Source: Vitrella brassicaformis CCMP3155
Lineage: Eukaryota; Protista; Chromerida
DNA length: 49,514 nt
Reading direction: 5' to 3'
NCBI GenBank assembly: GCA_001179505.1
Contig: CDMY01000570.1
Span: 1-49,514 of the forward strand
The notes beneath the pieces are model-generated. The model saw only the letters and a list, made by a program, of their open reading frames with translations, ran no database searches and was not told the origin of the DNA. The number at the start of each line of letters is the position of its first letter. Position 1 is the first letter of the stretch. Position numbers and translations under genes: made by a program. Shown piece by piece: positions 1-11,928 of the stretch.

Positions 1-1090
1 CTGCTGCACCGCCCCCCTCCACCTCTCCGTCAGCGGATCCGAAGCGCCGCAGCGCCGCATCGGGGCGGGGCGAGGGCTGGTTGTCACGATTCGGCACATC
101 ATCTGCCATTGAGGAGGCCATCAAGCGTCTTAGTGAGTCGGCAGCCGTCATGATGGATTGCATCGAGCAGCGATGCGGTAGCCTGATAAAAGCGACACGG
201 GCGAGGGAAAGGTGCATTGGACACTTAGGTGGCATTGTGTATCTTGGGTGTCGTGGCTGTAGGTGTGTATCGTCGTCCAAGGTTGCGGGGTCTGCAAGTC
301 GTGGCCGCTGGGAGGAAGCCCTCCGGGTCAGCCCCAATTTGTGCGTTGATTGCCCGTTCATTCAGTAGGGATGTCAGCCATCCATCCATCGACAGCGACT
401 TCCATTTTATAGTCATCGGAGAGCCGCGGATGAGGTCTGCTAGAACTGTCAGGTGCGCAGGGAGAGTCGGCCGCCGATGCGTCTTCGCGTTGTGAAGGTA
501 ATCCGTGTTATCATGTTCCGCGTGCAGATGTTGAGCCGTGGGGTGTGCCGGTGCACCGACCTCGACCTGTCCGTGACGGCCGTCGATGCATCGAGGGCGG
601 CTTGCAATCGATCGGCAGCCGGTCAGGCAGCTCGTCGCTGACCATGTTCTCGCGAGGAGGCGCGAAGGAGTGACGGCCCTGGCGGCCGGTCGAGTGTGGC
701 CTTGGCGGCACCGTGTTGGCACTGACGGGAAGAATTTCGCGTCGCCATGCCGGTGTCTCCGTCGGCACGGGCGATTCGCCGTTTATCGAGCTCTCGTGAA
801 GACGAATGCTGGCCTTGGTGCCGTCTGCATGTGGTTTACTTTCCGCCGAGCCGGTGTGTCTACGGGAAGAGTGAGGATTGCCTTGCTGGTCGTCCATCCC
901 ATCAGACGGCCTGACGCCCTCTGAGGTGTCAGTGCGCATGTCGGCGTGGAGCAACTCGGCTGGCTTGGCGCAGGGCTGGCCGGCGGGGCGGCAGTTCCTC
1001 GGTGGGCGTATGTGGAGATGATGGCCCTCAGCGGCTCTAAGTTGCCAGCTGGTGACGAGGGGAGGGGGTGGATAGGTGGGATGGGATGGG
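1..1090 (-). repeat. Dispersed degenerate repeat, copy A (truncated by window start); reverse complement of 40765-41835
   Basis: The reverse complement of 1-90 matches 41745-41835 almost exactly. Translations match in several frames (QLRAAEG...HADMRTDTSEG...KPHADGTKASIRLHESSIN; MTIKWKSLS.DGWLTSLLNERAINAQ), with scattered substitutions and small indels. Confidence 0.92.
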
Positions 1091-1790
1091 CGGAGGGGGA
1101 GAGGGAGGCGGAGGAGGGAGTAGGGGAGGAGGGAGAGACATGCGTGGTTTGGTGGGGCATTGCGCCCGTTCTGAGGCGAAGGGCCATCTGTACCTGTCAC
1201 CAAGCGATAGATGTCGACCAGTGAGGCCGGATGTATGTATGGTGGCGGGCTGTGTCGACGGTACAGACCGATTGAGTTTGCTTTCTGCGTCATGGGTGTG
1301 TGGGCGGCAAGACCGTTGGCGCGTCATGTGATGAGTGCGTGAAACGATGTCTATGCTGTCACACTCAGTGCCAGCAACGCACGGCTGCATTCACTTATCA
1401 TGAGTGTGCGATCATAAAAACACGAGGGTCTGCCGCACCATCCGTGTCTGTCTGCCTTGGCGCCACACTCTGTCCTTTGACCGTCTGCCTGGTGTATGGG
1501 GCCGATCGAGATGTCTCTGTACAACTCTCTCTCATCGCAACAACACACGGAAGAGCGACAGGCAGACAGACAGATGGTGCGGCAGAGCCCGACACAGGCA
1601 GCGCATCCAGCGGCGGCAAAGAGAGAGTGAGCAGGGGAGTCAAAACCACTCACATCTGACCGACAGACAGACAGGCAGACAGGGAAGGAGGGAGGGAGGG
1701 AGCATTCGTCCAGACATGCAGGCAGCAGTCTGTCTGTCTGTCTGTTGTTAAGACTATCCTAACACGGCCACCTCTTACTCGTCCACTCAC

Positions 1791-4169
1791 TCATGTGGTC
1801 ATCTTGGTGTCCTCCTCTCGCGGCCTCTTGGCCTGCTGATCAGCCCCGCCCTCGCACTCCTCACGCTGTTGCTGCTGCTGGCCATCCATCTCTTCTCGCG
1901 GCCGCTTCGTACCGCGGCGACCCTGAACAGTGACGCAGCACACGCAGACATAGAGCGGTGACAAGGCCATGTGTGCCACTTGTGGCAAACAATCCGTCAT
2001 CATCAGGCCATGCATACTGACTATGTGGTGTACCTGGTCTTCGAGTGTGATGATTCTCTCGCGGAGCTGCTTGTTCTCGGCCTCCAAACGCCGCCGGTCG
2101 GCCGCCTCCTGTGCCGCAAACAGACACATACAGACAGACAGACAGACATGCTTACAGAGCCCATAGAGGCGACAAACACAGCCGATTTTGGCTGACCTGG
2201 GTGGCGCTGTTGATGAGAGCGTTGTATAGCTGCTTGAAGTGGTCGTCCTGTTGTGCGTCGACCGCTTCCTTGAGGGCGTCCTCGAAGGCCTCTTGGACTT
2301 CTGGCGGGAGGGTGGGCACGATGGGGAGGACGGCAGGCAGCACACTGAAGCTCTCGCGGATGGCGTCGCCCGTCAAGTTCTCGCCAATGGTATCATATTT
2401 AGACTGGGGCACATCCTGGATGGCCGCAGAGAAGAAGAGGCTGAGGGGCAGTCTGTAGTACGATGCGTTTGTGAGGCAGGAAACCAGGTTGAGAGCGATC
2501 TCACGATGAATCGACCTGCATATACAACACAACACGACACACAGGGGAGACGGCTTAGTCTCATGTTCGTGCACTTTGCGTGTCTGATTCTTTCTCACAT
2601 ACCTGGCCATCCATGAGTGTCACGCCCGCCCAGTGTCCGTCCCTGGCGCATAGCCTGAGATAGTGGAAGGCCAGGGTGCGCATGGGAAAGAACCGCACCG
2701 TCACCTTCATCTTCACCTCCTTCAGCCTGGCGTCCCCCTTGAGTGCCTCAGCCGAGATGTTGGCCTCCTGGACACCCAACGGTTGCTCTGTCCCGAGCAG
2801 AATGAACGAGAAGACGTCAACAGAAGCACCTTCCTCGCCCATCTCGATCCTCGTCCCCACGTTGATGACCGGAGGCTCATGAAGCTTGACGGACGAGGGA
2901 CGACGGGAGTCGCCAGCTGCCGGTTGCGTCGCTGCCGTGCCCTCAGCAGCACCGCAGGGAACCTCCAATGAGAAGTCGGCGCCGAAACACGACACAAATG
3001 TCTCCTTTGCCCTTGATCCAAGAGAGTCCGGCATAAGCGTGCCGATACGGACATTCCAGCCGCGAACGTCGCCGACTTTCGCATCAGCATCGCGCGGGGC
3101 ATCGGCTGGAGAGTCCCAGGGAAAGGGGGGGCCGTGACGCAGCCCGGCCACATCGACGAAGATGTTGCCGCGCTCGATGGATCCCCTCTTGCCGTCGTCG
3201 AAGGGGTGTGTCGTATACGACGCAGACGAGGTGAAGATGTCCTGCTCGAAAACGGCACCTGTGGACAAGACAAGAGGATGTCAGACGGTGGTGGACGACT
3301 CCATGTCGGTGGGCTTCTCACTATGTGCGTCAGAGAGCCCTGGGCTTCCCGTGGCCTCGGTGATGAAGGTGCTCAGCTCGTGGCAGGGCATATCAATGCG
3401 CCCATACGAGAGCTCGTCATCGACGGTGCCCACCAGGCTCACGGCCGCCTTGCTCGCGTCGTCCTCTGCCTCCCCTCTCTCACACCGACGCCACTGCGCC
3501 CGGATGAGCTGAGGCGCCTTGAGCAGACAGGGCAGCAGGCCGACGCGAATGTCCTTGTGGCGGTGAATGAAGCGGGCGATGAAGGCGTAGCGGGCGAAGC
3601 TGTCCAGCAGGCTGGCTACTGGCCAGCTGCTCATCTCGCAGCCAGCCGCCATGCACCACCTGAACCAAAGCAAAGACCCTTCAGCAGGCAAACAAGAAGC
3701 GGTAACCTCCCTTCTCCAGCTTACCCGTCGGTGGATGCGCCAGAGGAGACTCTGTGTGCTGCCCGGGGTGAAGATCTTGTCGGTGTCGAATTGGAGGTAT
3801 TCGAGTGCGATCATCGCGTCCAGCAGGTTGTCCTTGGTCAGCGAATTCACTATGTCAATCTCGTGTTGGAGCACCACCACACCGACGGCTCGAGTGACCT
3901 CCTTGATGCGGACCTCTCGCTGCTGCGACTCCTCAAACGCACCTTCCAGCACCTGTTGGTTGATCCACCAAACATGACAGAAGCAAAAGAAGAAATCAGC
4001 CGATGAATCATCTGTCATTCTTTCGTCTGCCTTGTGTGTGTGCTTCCTTCCTCACTTGCTGCAAGTACTTGAACGGCCGAGCAATGCCCTCATGCACTTT
4101 CAAAGGCGCGTCTGCTTCACCGTCGTCGGGGAAGCGCACGGTGATGGTCCGCTCTGTGAGGCTGTCCAT
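1791..4169 (-). CDS. Multi-exon BTB/POZ-domain protein with C-terminal coiled coil and basic KRPREE x2 tail
   Basis: Exon 1 MDSLTERTITVRFPDDGEADAPLKVHEGIARPFKYLQQ (ATG 4169, GT donor after 4056) splices in phase to VLEGAFEESQQREVRIKEV...LLDAMIALEYLQFD, a BTB-like F..ES...I.I.EV pattern. Further exons lie at about 3270-2610, 2490-2190, 2120-2030 and 1925-1791 (TGA). Confidence 0.72.
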
Positions 4170-4564
4170 TGCGATGAATGAGAGTGAAGGGAAATGCAAA
4201 GCGAAGCAGTATAGCCGTTCTCCCACTGCTTCCTCCTTTAAATTGCCTCGAGCTCTGGTGCGAGCTTTACGATCGCCAGAGGATGGAGCCGAATGGAGTT
4301 GCTGGAGGTGAGGAGGGGTCAGAAATGGGAAGCAAAGAAGCCATGAGGCCATACGTGTGTCGGATCTTCCAACACACACGGCTTCTGTTCATGCCCTGTC
4401 AGACACAGCTGCGATGAAAAGAGGTCTCCATGAGCCCGGCTGCGAGAAGAACATCAACAGAAGAAAGCCCTGTCACCGAAAGCAGCACAGGTACACAGCA
4501 TGAAAACTGCTCACATTCTGCTCAATGTCGAGTTCTGTGTCCATCCCTCAGACGCTGACTGACA

Positions 4565-6034
4565 GTGATGAGCTGGCTACCCCGGTGGCGGACGTCTCGT
4601 TTCTCTTATCGGCGAGTGGCCGACCACCGTCAGCTGCTGTCAGCTTCTGATGATGTTTATGAGTCCATCACTCAGCCTCTATTGGTCGTTATTGCCGGCG
4701 GAGCTGGCGCTGACCAAGGGCTTCCTGCTGAAGTGTTTGCTCGTGTGGTCATCCCTTTGCTCACTGTCGACGACGCCGTGAGCCTCCGGGCGGTCGGCAA
4801 GGCTTACGGCACTCAGCTGATCGATGAGGGGTTTCTACTGCGTCGCATCAACAGCTGCCTGACCCATCAACAGCTCACAGGCCTCATCGATGTGGAGAGA
4901 GACCGCGGCATCGACCCCTCGGCCCCTCCCCTCCCACCATCCATCTCGCGATTTGGGTACCTCGCTCGGTGTGCCTACGTCATCGAGCGGGCGGCTGAGT
5001 GGCGCCATATGGCCACATTCATCAGGGTGGCGAGTGTCTACGGTTTGGCTGATGAGCTGCCCCTTGTGCTGTCGGCTGAGGGTGTGGCTGCTCATGTGCC
5101 CGACAAGGCGACTTTCCATCGACTGCCCGCTGCCATGGCCGTCTACAAGACACTTGGCCATCAGTTCCGCAGTCCCCCTCATCACAGAATCCCACGGCGT
5201 CAGCTCACAGATGGCGGCAAGTGCGAGACTGATGTCTATGTCATCCCCGCCAACATGCGGGGCCGAGTCCTGGCTGGGACTGCTCTCGTCCTCTATTTGC
5301 TGCTGTGGGGCTGGCTCGTCGTGACCATCCCGCTGTCTCTCGTTCCTGATATGCGCAGCACCCCACATGGTGTCTGGTTCGTCTGGTTCATCTTGTGCTG
5401 CCTCGCCGCCTAAGGGGCTGGAGCTGTGCTCATGACGCTCTTCGGCGCTGTGGCGGGCCTTCACGGATGGCTTCACGCAGTCTGGCTGCATTGGAGGAGG
5501 AGGAGAGTGCAGTGGTATGTTCTCGGCTCAAGGCGATTCCGCACCATCGAGCGTGACGAGCTGTTGCTGTTGCGGCTCGTCCCATTCGTTGGGACCAATC
5601 CCCTCACTGACCCACCCATCAGCGAAGGGTTCAGTGATAACCGCTTGTATCCCACCTTCAGCGGCTTCATCCTCGACGCGCTGCTACAGCTGGACCATGT
5701 TCGTTCCCGCATGAGGGTCGCTCTTGACATTACAGTGCGGCGGTGCTGTCCGTGTTGGGATGCCCCTGATCCCCACCTGGTTATCATCAACTTCGCACAA
5801 GGCGTCATGGGGCGAGTACTGCCGGAAGCACTTGGCTACGGTGACGTCTGCGTGATGGTGCTGTCACTGAATGGTGGGTCTGTGGTGGCCGCCATGTCCG
5901 TCATCCACCAGCGCATTGTGGTCAGGACGACCGAGGCGGAGGTGGCCGGCTGGGTGACTGACGACGAGCGGTTCCCTATGACCATGGCTCGGGTACGGCA
6001 GCTGCTGAGGCGACTCGGGGTCGGAGATGTGTGA
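4565..6034 (+). pseudogene. Lineage-specific F-box-like family member, interrupted by an in-frame TAA (5411-5413)
   Basis: ORFs 4565-5413 and 5426-6034 are in the same frame. The N-terminal LPAEVFARVVIPLLTVDDAVSLRAV is F-box-like. The C-terminal FRTIERDEL...DPPI...YPTFSGF...RTTE...RFPMTMARVRQLL resembles a family I associate with Vitrella. A phase-compatible intron removing the stop was not found. Confidence 0.55.
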
Positions 6035-6219
6035 CATGTCGTGATGAGAATCTATATGTCCAAGCTTTTTGTTTGTCTGACTCCAATGCCGTGAATTCAT
6101 TGGTGTATCTGTCCACACCGATACTGCGGGCTCGCACTTACCCGTTCGCACGCACACAGCCCCGTCGCGCACACGCATCGACTATTGGCGCGACACAACA
6201 CGCCCACGACGCAGGCAGG

Positions 6220-6312
6220 CAGACAGACAGACAAGCAGACAGCTCCATTACGCGACACACAGACACACAGACATACACACAGACAGACAGACGCACAGAC
6301 AGACAGACGGAC
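6220..6312. repeat. (GACA)n/(CA)n compound microsatellite
   Basis: Visible agacagacagac...acacacagacagacagacgcacagacagacagac tract. Confidence 0.85.
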
Positions 6313-6521
6313 GAAAGCAACACCGACTTACGGCAAAGCTGCAGAGTGCGGCATCCACACATTGAGGACACGCACAGCGGGAAAAGACACACTCATTCTC
6401 CCTCCCTCCCCCCTTCCCCACTGCACCGCCCGATCAATGAAGACATCCATCAGTCAAACGACTGCTGGCAAGTCGCCGAGATCCACAGGTGGCCCATTCT
6501 GTGCTCATGGTGTGTCTCTTG

Positions 6522-7653
6522 TCATGCTCGCACTCGGCTTCCCACTAGCACCCAGAACTCCAACTCGTCCATGACTCTCATGCCAGGCACATGCTTGAAC
6601 ACCAGAGAGAAAACCGGATTCTGCTCACCCACATGTGCTCAGAGGCCATCATCATGCTCGTCGGTGAGTTCTCCACCAGGCTGTATGTCCCCGGCAGCCA
6701 ACAGATGCCATAGTTCAGCCTCGTTGAAAAGCCTTGTCTGCGCCACGAGGGCAGACCAGGGAGAGCACAGTGCGATTTTCGCGCACACGAGCAGTAGTGT
6801 TGCCGCATAGCCGAAGGCTGCAGACATACACACCAGAGGAAACATGGAGATGGATCGACGGTAACTGCATTCGTCATGCTGTCTGCGTCGACTTACGAGC
6901 GTAGAGCAGGACGGCGGCCATCGTAATGACGCCATAGGTACACGCTGCGAACTGCACAGCCATGTTGTGGTACGTCCCATACACAAGCAGCACATTGAGG
7001 AAAGCCAGGAGAGGGTCGCCCACTGCAAACAAGGCACCAAACCGACGAGTAAGGAAGGAATGAGAAAGGTGCTCGCCAGCCCACCGAGGCCGCTCATGGC
7101 GACGATGCCGGCCAATTTGACGTCCAGCATCGATGCTCCCAGGGCCACCATCCACAACCCAGCCAAAACTGCACGCACCAACACACCAAACAAAACAAAC
7201 AAGGCGAAGATGCAGCACTATCGCCCAGAGACTGAATCTCTTAGAGAGCAGTGCCCAGTAGAAGCGCATCTTGGCCGGCACGTCAGGGAGACAAAGCCTC
7301 ACCCGACGCTGCTTGCCCCACACCTCAGACACTACATCCATCACCAGGCAGCTGCCAGGACGCTGTGTCATGGTCTCCTTGACACACACATCATGGACAC
7401 ACGAAGACGGACTGGGGCTGGGATCCTGGTCGCCGGCAGCAACACACACTCGACATGCCGGCGGATGCTGGGAAGGACACACGCAGCCGTTGATGGCGCT
7501 GCCTTCGTCCGCTGCTGCTACTGCTGCTACTGCTGCTGTATATGTGGCCAAGTCGAGCGCATGAATTATGACAGATCTCGACGGCATAGCTCTTGCTGCT
7601 GCCGCTGGGCGAGTGGCATCGATGTCGTCGAGGGCCGGGGAGGCTGAGGACAT
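6522..7653 (-). pseudogene. Multi-pass membrane protein with Cys/His-rich (degenerate RING-CH-like) N-terminus; probable frameshift and premature stop
   Basis: CRVC...CVHDVC...CLV motif is followed by hydrophobic exons joined by GT-AG introns (IFALFVLFGVLVRAVLAGLWMVALG; GDPLLAFLNVLLVYG; PFGYAATLLLVCAKIAL). The frame changes near 7210, and a TGA at 6639-6641 is followed by about 38 more coding-like codons. Confidence 0.4.
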
Positions 7654-8330
7654 GCTGAGATCTCATCAGAAGATGATCAATGACATCTCAGCCGATAATG
7701 GCGTTTCTCACAGGCACCCTTCCGTGAGCCAAAGACGCCCCACTGCCCCTTCTTCTTCTTCTCTTGCCGAGCCCTCCAACACTAAGGTGCACAGACGGCA
7801 AGTCATTCTGTGGGAAGGACGAACCAGATCTGCGTACCCGCGATGTCAACGATGGCCAATGAGCTGTCCTGACGGCCTGCCGGTCGGCAATTCCATTCGA
7901 GGGAAACGCGAGCTCAAAAATAAGACCTCCATATCGACTCCTTCTGTTTGTTTTGTCTGCCTGTTTCACTGAAAGTGTGTGCGATCTCACCGGGAATGCA
8001 CCTGAGCGATAAAATAGCAAAACGAATTTGCCAAGTTCGAGAAAAGCGGAAGTTCGATCCTCACTCGATCCCGAGAAAGAGGAGATGCTCGGCAGCGCCG
8101 ATGCTTCAGAAGACTCACTGACGACCATGGGCGACTCCCATGGTGCCACATTGCATCACAACTCGTCGGTTCTTTTGCGAGCCCTTGAAGCAAACGAGAG
8201 TCGCGTTCGTCAAGTCGCGTTGATTTGTGGCCAACGAACCGCCCGGAGGAAGGCTGTGTGCCCCAATCGCTTCCTCAGATCTATTAGACCGCCTCTCGGT
8301 GTCCCAGAGGGTTGAGCGTCTTGCGCAGCG

Positions 8331-10518
8331 ATGGAAGAGGACGGTCGACAGGTGCGGCGTATGACAGCACCGCTTGCAATGGATGCGCATATCACCAGCC
8401 GGGTTGTGGCTGTCTTGTGTGTGTTGGGTGCATGCGTGCAGGTTAAGAGGTATCGCCCTGGGACCGACGCACCGGCGGCGTCTTCATCGGCTGCTGCTGC
8501 TGCTGGTTGTGACACCGATGAGGAGCGGCAGCGGCGGGAGGAGAGCGAAAGAGGGACCTTCGTGAGGAATGCACCTGTGAGCCAACCACACGAACTGAGG
8601 CCATCCACTGATGGATACCGACATCTCTCGCCGTCCCGTGTGCCGTGTGGTTGTGTGCTGCCATGTCAGAGGCGGCAGCAGGATCAGCAGATGGATGGGG
8701 AGGAAGGACATGATGAAGCTACGGAGACCGGGCTACGCCGCCCGCCAGCAGCACCACCTCACCATCAGTGCAGCCGACCAAGACCAGCGGTCCTTTTGGC
8801 AGGCGGCAACCATCAACCTCGTCAAGGAATGGGCCACATACCTCAGGCAGCTCACAACCATTACCCTCCGCCACCCCATCGGCGCTGCTCGCTGGTGTTG
8901 GGACGTGTTTGTGGCCATGGTGGAGGGCCACGTTGCCGGCCGACGGGCAGCCAACATGGGCGGCGGAACTCTGCACACCCTCACCATCGAAGGGGTTTGG
9001 CTGACCGGCACGGAGATGCAGACCCTGTCGAGGACAGACCCGCCCCTCCCAGCTCTTCTCGACCCGCCCCCCACCCTCCACGCGCTCACCACCATTGAGG
9101 GCCTGACCCACCACCATTATGGGTTGGCCGACCGACGCTGGGTGATGCCCTCACTCGCCACCGTGCGGCAGGAGGGTTGGGGTTCCGGCAGATTGGGGCA
9201 GCTCATCAGCTCGTCCCGCTCCCTGCGGCGTGTGGACGGCAGCTTTGGGGGTGAGGACTGGGCGGGTGTGCTTGAGGGAATCCCTGTGACACCTGCTGAG
9301 CAGCAGGGGGGGCCACTCGCACAGCTGGAGAGCATCGGCACCATCGTTGTCGATGGCAATGAGGCGGCGGGCATAGATCGGCTTCGGGTGATCACAAAAG
9401 ACGCACATGTACAGCGGCGCGTGCAGGTTGGCTCATGATGTCCTTGCTGTATGTGTTTCTTGTTGCGTTCAGGAAGTGCTCGTGTCGCGTGGCTGTCGAC
9501 GGTCACTCAATCAGCTGCACGTGCGCTTTGGTCGCTTCTACTGTATCGGCCGCCGCACGTTGCCCGTGCTACTGGCTCTCGACCGGCTGGTCGGCGCCTG
9601 CTGCCTACCGGACGCCCCACTCACGCTGACCACCACCGAACCCCACACCGAAGACTTCGACCTCGCCATCTTCTACCACACCGAGTTCCCCATCCACCCC
9701 TCACCCTCATTCAAGACCACGCTGCAGGAGCTAGCCCGGCAGGCCACATGGGTGAAGTACATCTTCACCCAGGACGGCCTCACCTCACCGACCCGTACGA
9801 CAACCCCTGCGAATCGGCAATCGAGATGGCCAAGACACTCTCATTCGACGAGGCCACGGATGTGGTCGTCGTGAATGCCGTTGGCTTCCATCCGCCACCC
9901 GACACCCCATCGCCCCGTCCCACCATCATCACACACCTCAAGCCGTTCCCGGGAGCCTCACGGTTGTGTGTCGCCGACAACCTGGCTGGTGCAGCTGGCC
10001 AGCTGCTCGCCGCCAAGATGCCCAAGCAGATGGGAAGGGCGGAGATCGAAGGGGTGTCGGGTGAGGAGATGGTGGGCGTGTTGACGGCGCTGGGGAGGGA
10101 GAGGGAGGTGGGTAGGGTGGAGATGGTGGGGGTCGGGGTGGACCAGTTGGTGGGGGCGGCCGACAGGTTGCCTACGATCAAGACGCTAGAGTTCTACATG
10201 ACACGTACGTTGAGAGACGTGTTGAGAGAGAGGGAAGTGTGTCCCTCTGTCCGTCCTCATTGCTGCCTTTGTGTGTGTTCATCTTCAGTGCCTGCTGGCG
10301 TGGAGGATGCGGGCAGCTTCGTCCGCACCGGCCTCTCGTCGCTGGTCTCGCACATCAGGGGCCTGCAGCGCGTGTATCTGAGGGTCCAGGACACCGACGA
10401 TCATCAGCATGATTCCATCCGCGCCTCCCTCCCTAACGGCGCCAACGTCGATGACTTCACAATCAGACATTTGCACTGTCGACATTCCACCGCCATGGAG
10501 GCAAGTCGCAGTGCCTGA
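8331..10518 (+). pseudogene. Member of an expanded lineage-specific family (AARQQHHLTISAAD...FWQ...LESIGTI...LDRLVGACC type), disabled by a micro-inversion and a frameshift
   Basis: Exons MEEDGRQ | VKRYRP...RNAP | AARQQHHLTISAAD...IDRLR | EVLVSRGCRRSL...DGLT / DPYDNP...EFYMT | PAGVEDAG...SRSA*, with GT-AG introns (8352-8441, 10205-10288). There is an 82-bp inversion at 8655-8736 and a 5-bp duplication at 9779-9788. Confidence 0.8.
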
Positions 10519-10935
10519 CGGTGAGGGACGGGCGCTTGATCAGACGGAGGTGTATCTCATTGTTCTGTATTGTGTGTTGGTGGTTGTCTGTCAGGCTGGT
10601 TGTGTCGGTCAATCACTTTAGCAGTCGTACGGGACGGGCAGTGCGACGATTCTTAGCTGACGCCATGCCATTCGTCACGGTGTGCTGCATAGCTGCCTGC
10701 CTGAGAGAGTATATCTATGTGTTGACGAGTGGCGCTATGGCCATGAATGTCACGTGTGCATGGCGTCATCACTGAGTCACGAACGTCGCACAACTCACCG
10801 ACCGCCACACCCACTGTCACTGTCCCCCACACTCAGCCAGCACCGTCAGTGAGAGAGTCTCGCACAGCACACAACGTGAAACCACCCGCCGCACAAGCAG
10901 CGTCACTCACACCCTCCCTCCCTCCATCCCTCCCT

Positions 10936-11878
10936 CTATCTCTCTGCATGGTGCTGCTGCAGGTAGATGTCGGCAATGCGCGCCAGTGATGGCTGGGGCA
11001 GCCACAGACCGCTCAACACTCGCCAAGGCCCTACACAGCACAGACAGCACAGACACCAAACCACACAGACAGACACCCGTGCCTCCCTCTGGGCTCTTTT
11101 GGCTGACTGACATACGTGGCAGCGACTGATCGGCGGTGTCCTGTTTGTCTGGTCTGCTGGGTGTGGCTTCTTCGTTGCTGCTGTTGTCGGGCTTATCGCT
11201 TGTCGGCTGCTGCTGCTGCTGTTGCTGTTGCTGCAGCTGAAGGACGGTGGTTGCCTTGGCGGCCACTCGGTCAGACTCGCCTTCACGATCCTCCCACTTG
11301 CCTACACATCGACACACACACACACACACACAAACAGACAGAGAGGCCGCCGTGGATCGACGCCCTCTCTCCCACTTACGCAGCAGCTTCGAGTAGTTCA
11401 ACAGAGCCTGGGAGTGCACTGTTCGCGCGCGAATGCCCTGGTAATTTACCAGCAGCAGCCACACACAGACGGTCTCCTTCGCTCTCTCTCGCCACGTGAT
11501 GTGTGTGGTGTGTCGCTGACTGACCGGCGTCATGTCTGTTTGGCGGTGGTGCTGTAGGTAGACATCGAATTTATCGAGGGCCGACGTGAAGAGCCCCTCG
11601 GCCACCACGACCTGCTGGAAGTGGCTGTATACCGCAGCCAGACCGCTCAGCAGAGCCGCCATGCACAGACCACCTGCACACAACGATGGACGGATGCCCC
11701 TTGTGGTTGCCTCTCCCTCCCTCTCTCCTTCTGTCTCTGTCAGTCACCTTGCTCTAAGTCCGCTTTGCCTTCAGCGCGTTTGAGGCCCTTCTTGAGCAAG
11801 CCGATGCCACTCTGCACTCGTCAAACACAGGGCGGGCAATCATTCTCTGCGGGGGGGGTGTCTCTGCGCTCTGTACTT

Positions 11879-11928
<50 letters not shown>

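Noticed and set aside
1055-1135. G-rich tract (and C-rich mirror at 40670-40780) as a functional G-quadruplex
   Set aside because: The G runs are irregular and similar purine tracts are common in introns throughout the window; noted only as the repeat boundary.
1-1293. Repeat copies as an autonomous transposon (ORFs 511-1293 and 40534-41475)
   Set aside because: No RT, integrase, DDE transposase, tyrosine recombinase or Rep/helicase motif was recognised. The copies differ by frameshifting indels and by many amino-acid changes in each open frame compared.
6639-6641. Selenocysteine TGA
   Set aside because: No redox motif context (CxxU/UxxC) and no recognisable SECIS; the gene has another probable lesion.
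7660-8330. ORFs 7688-8149 and 8028-8315
   Set aside because: They lie in an AT-richer spacer between divergent genes and have no protein-like motifs.
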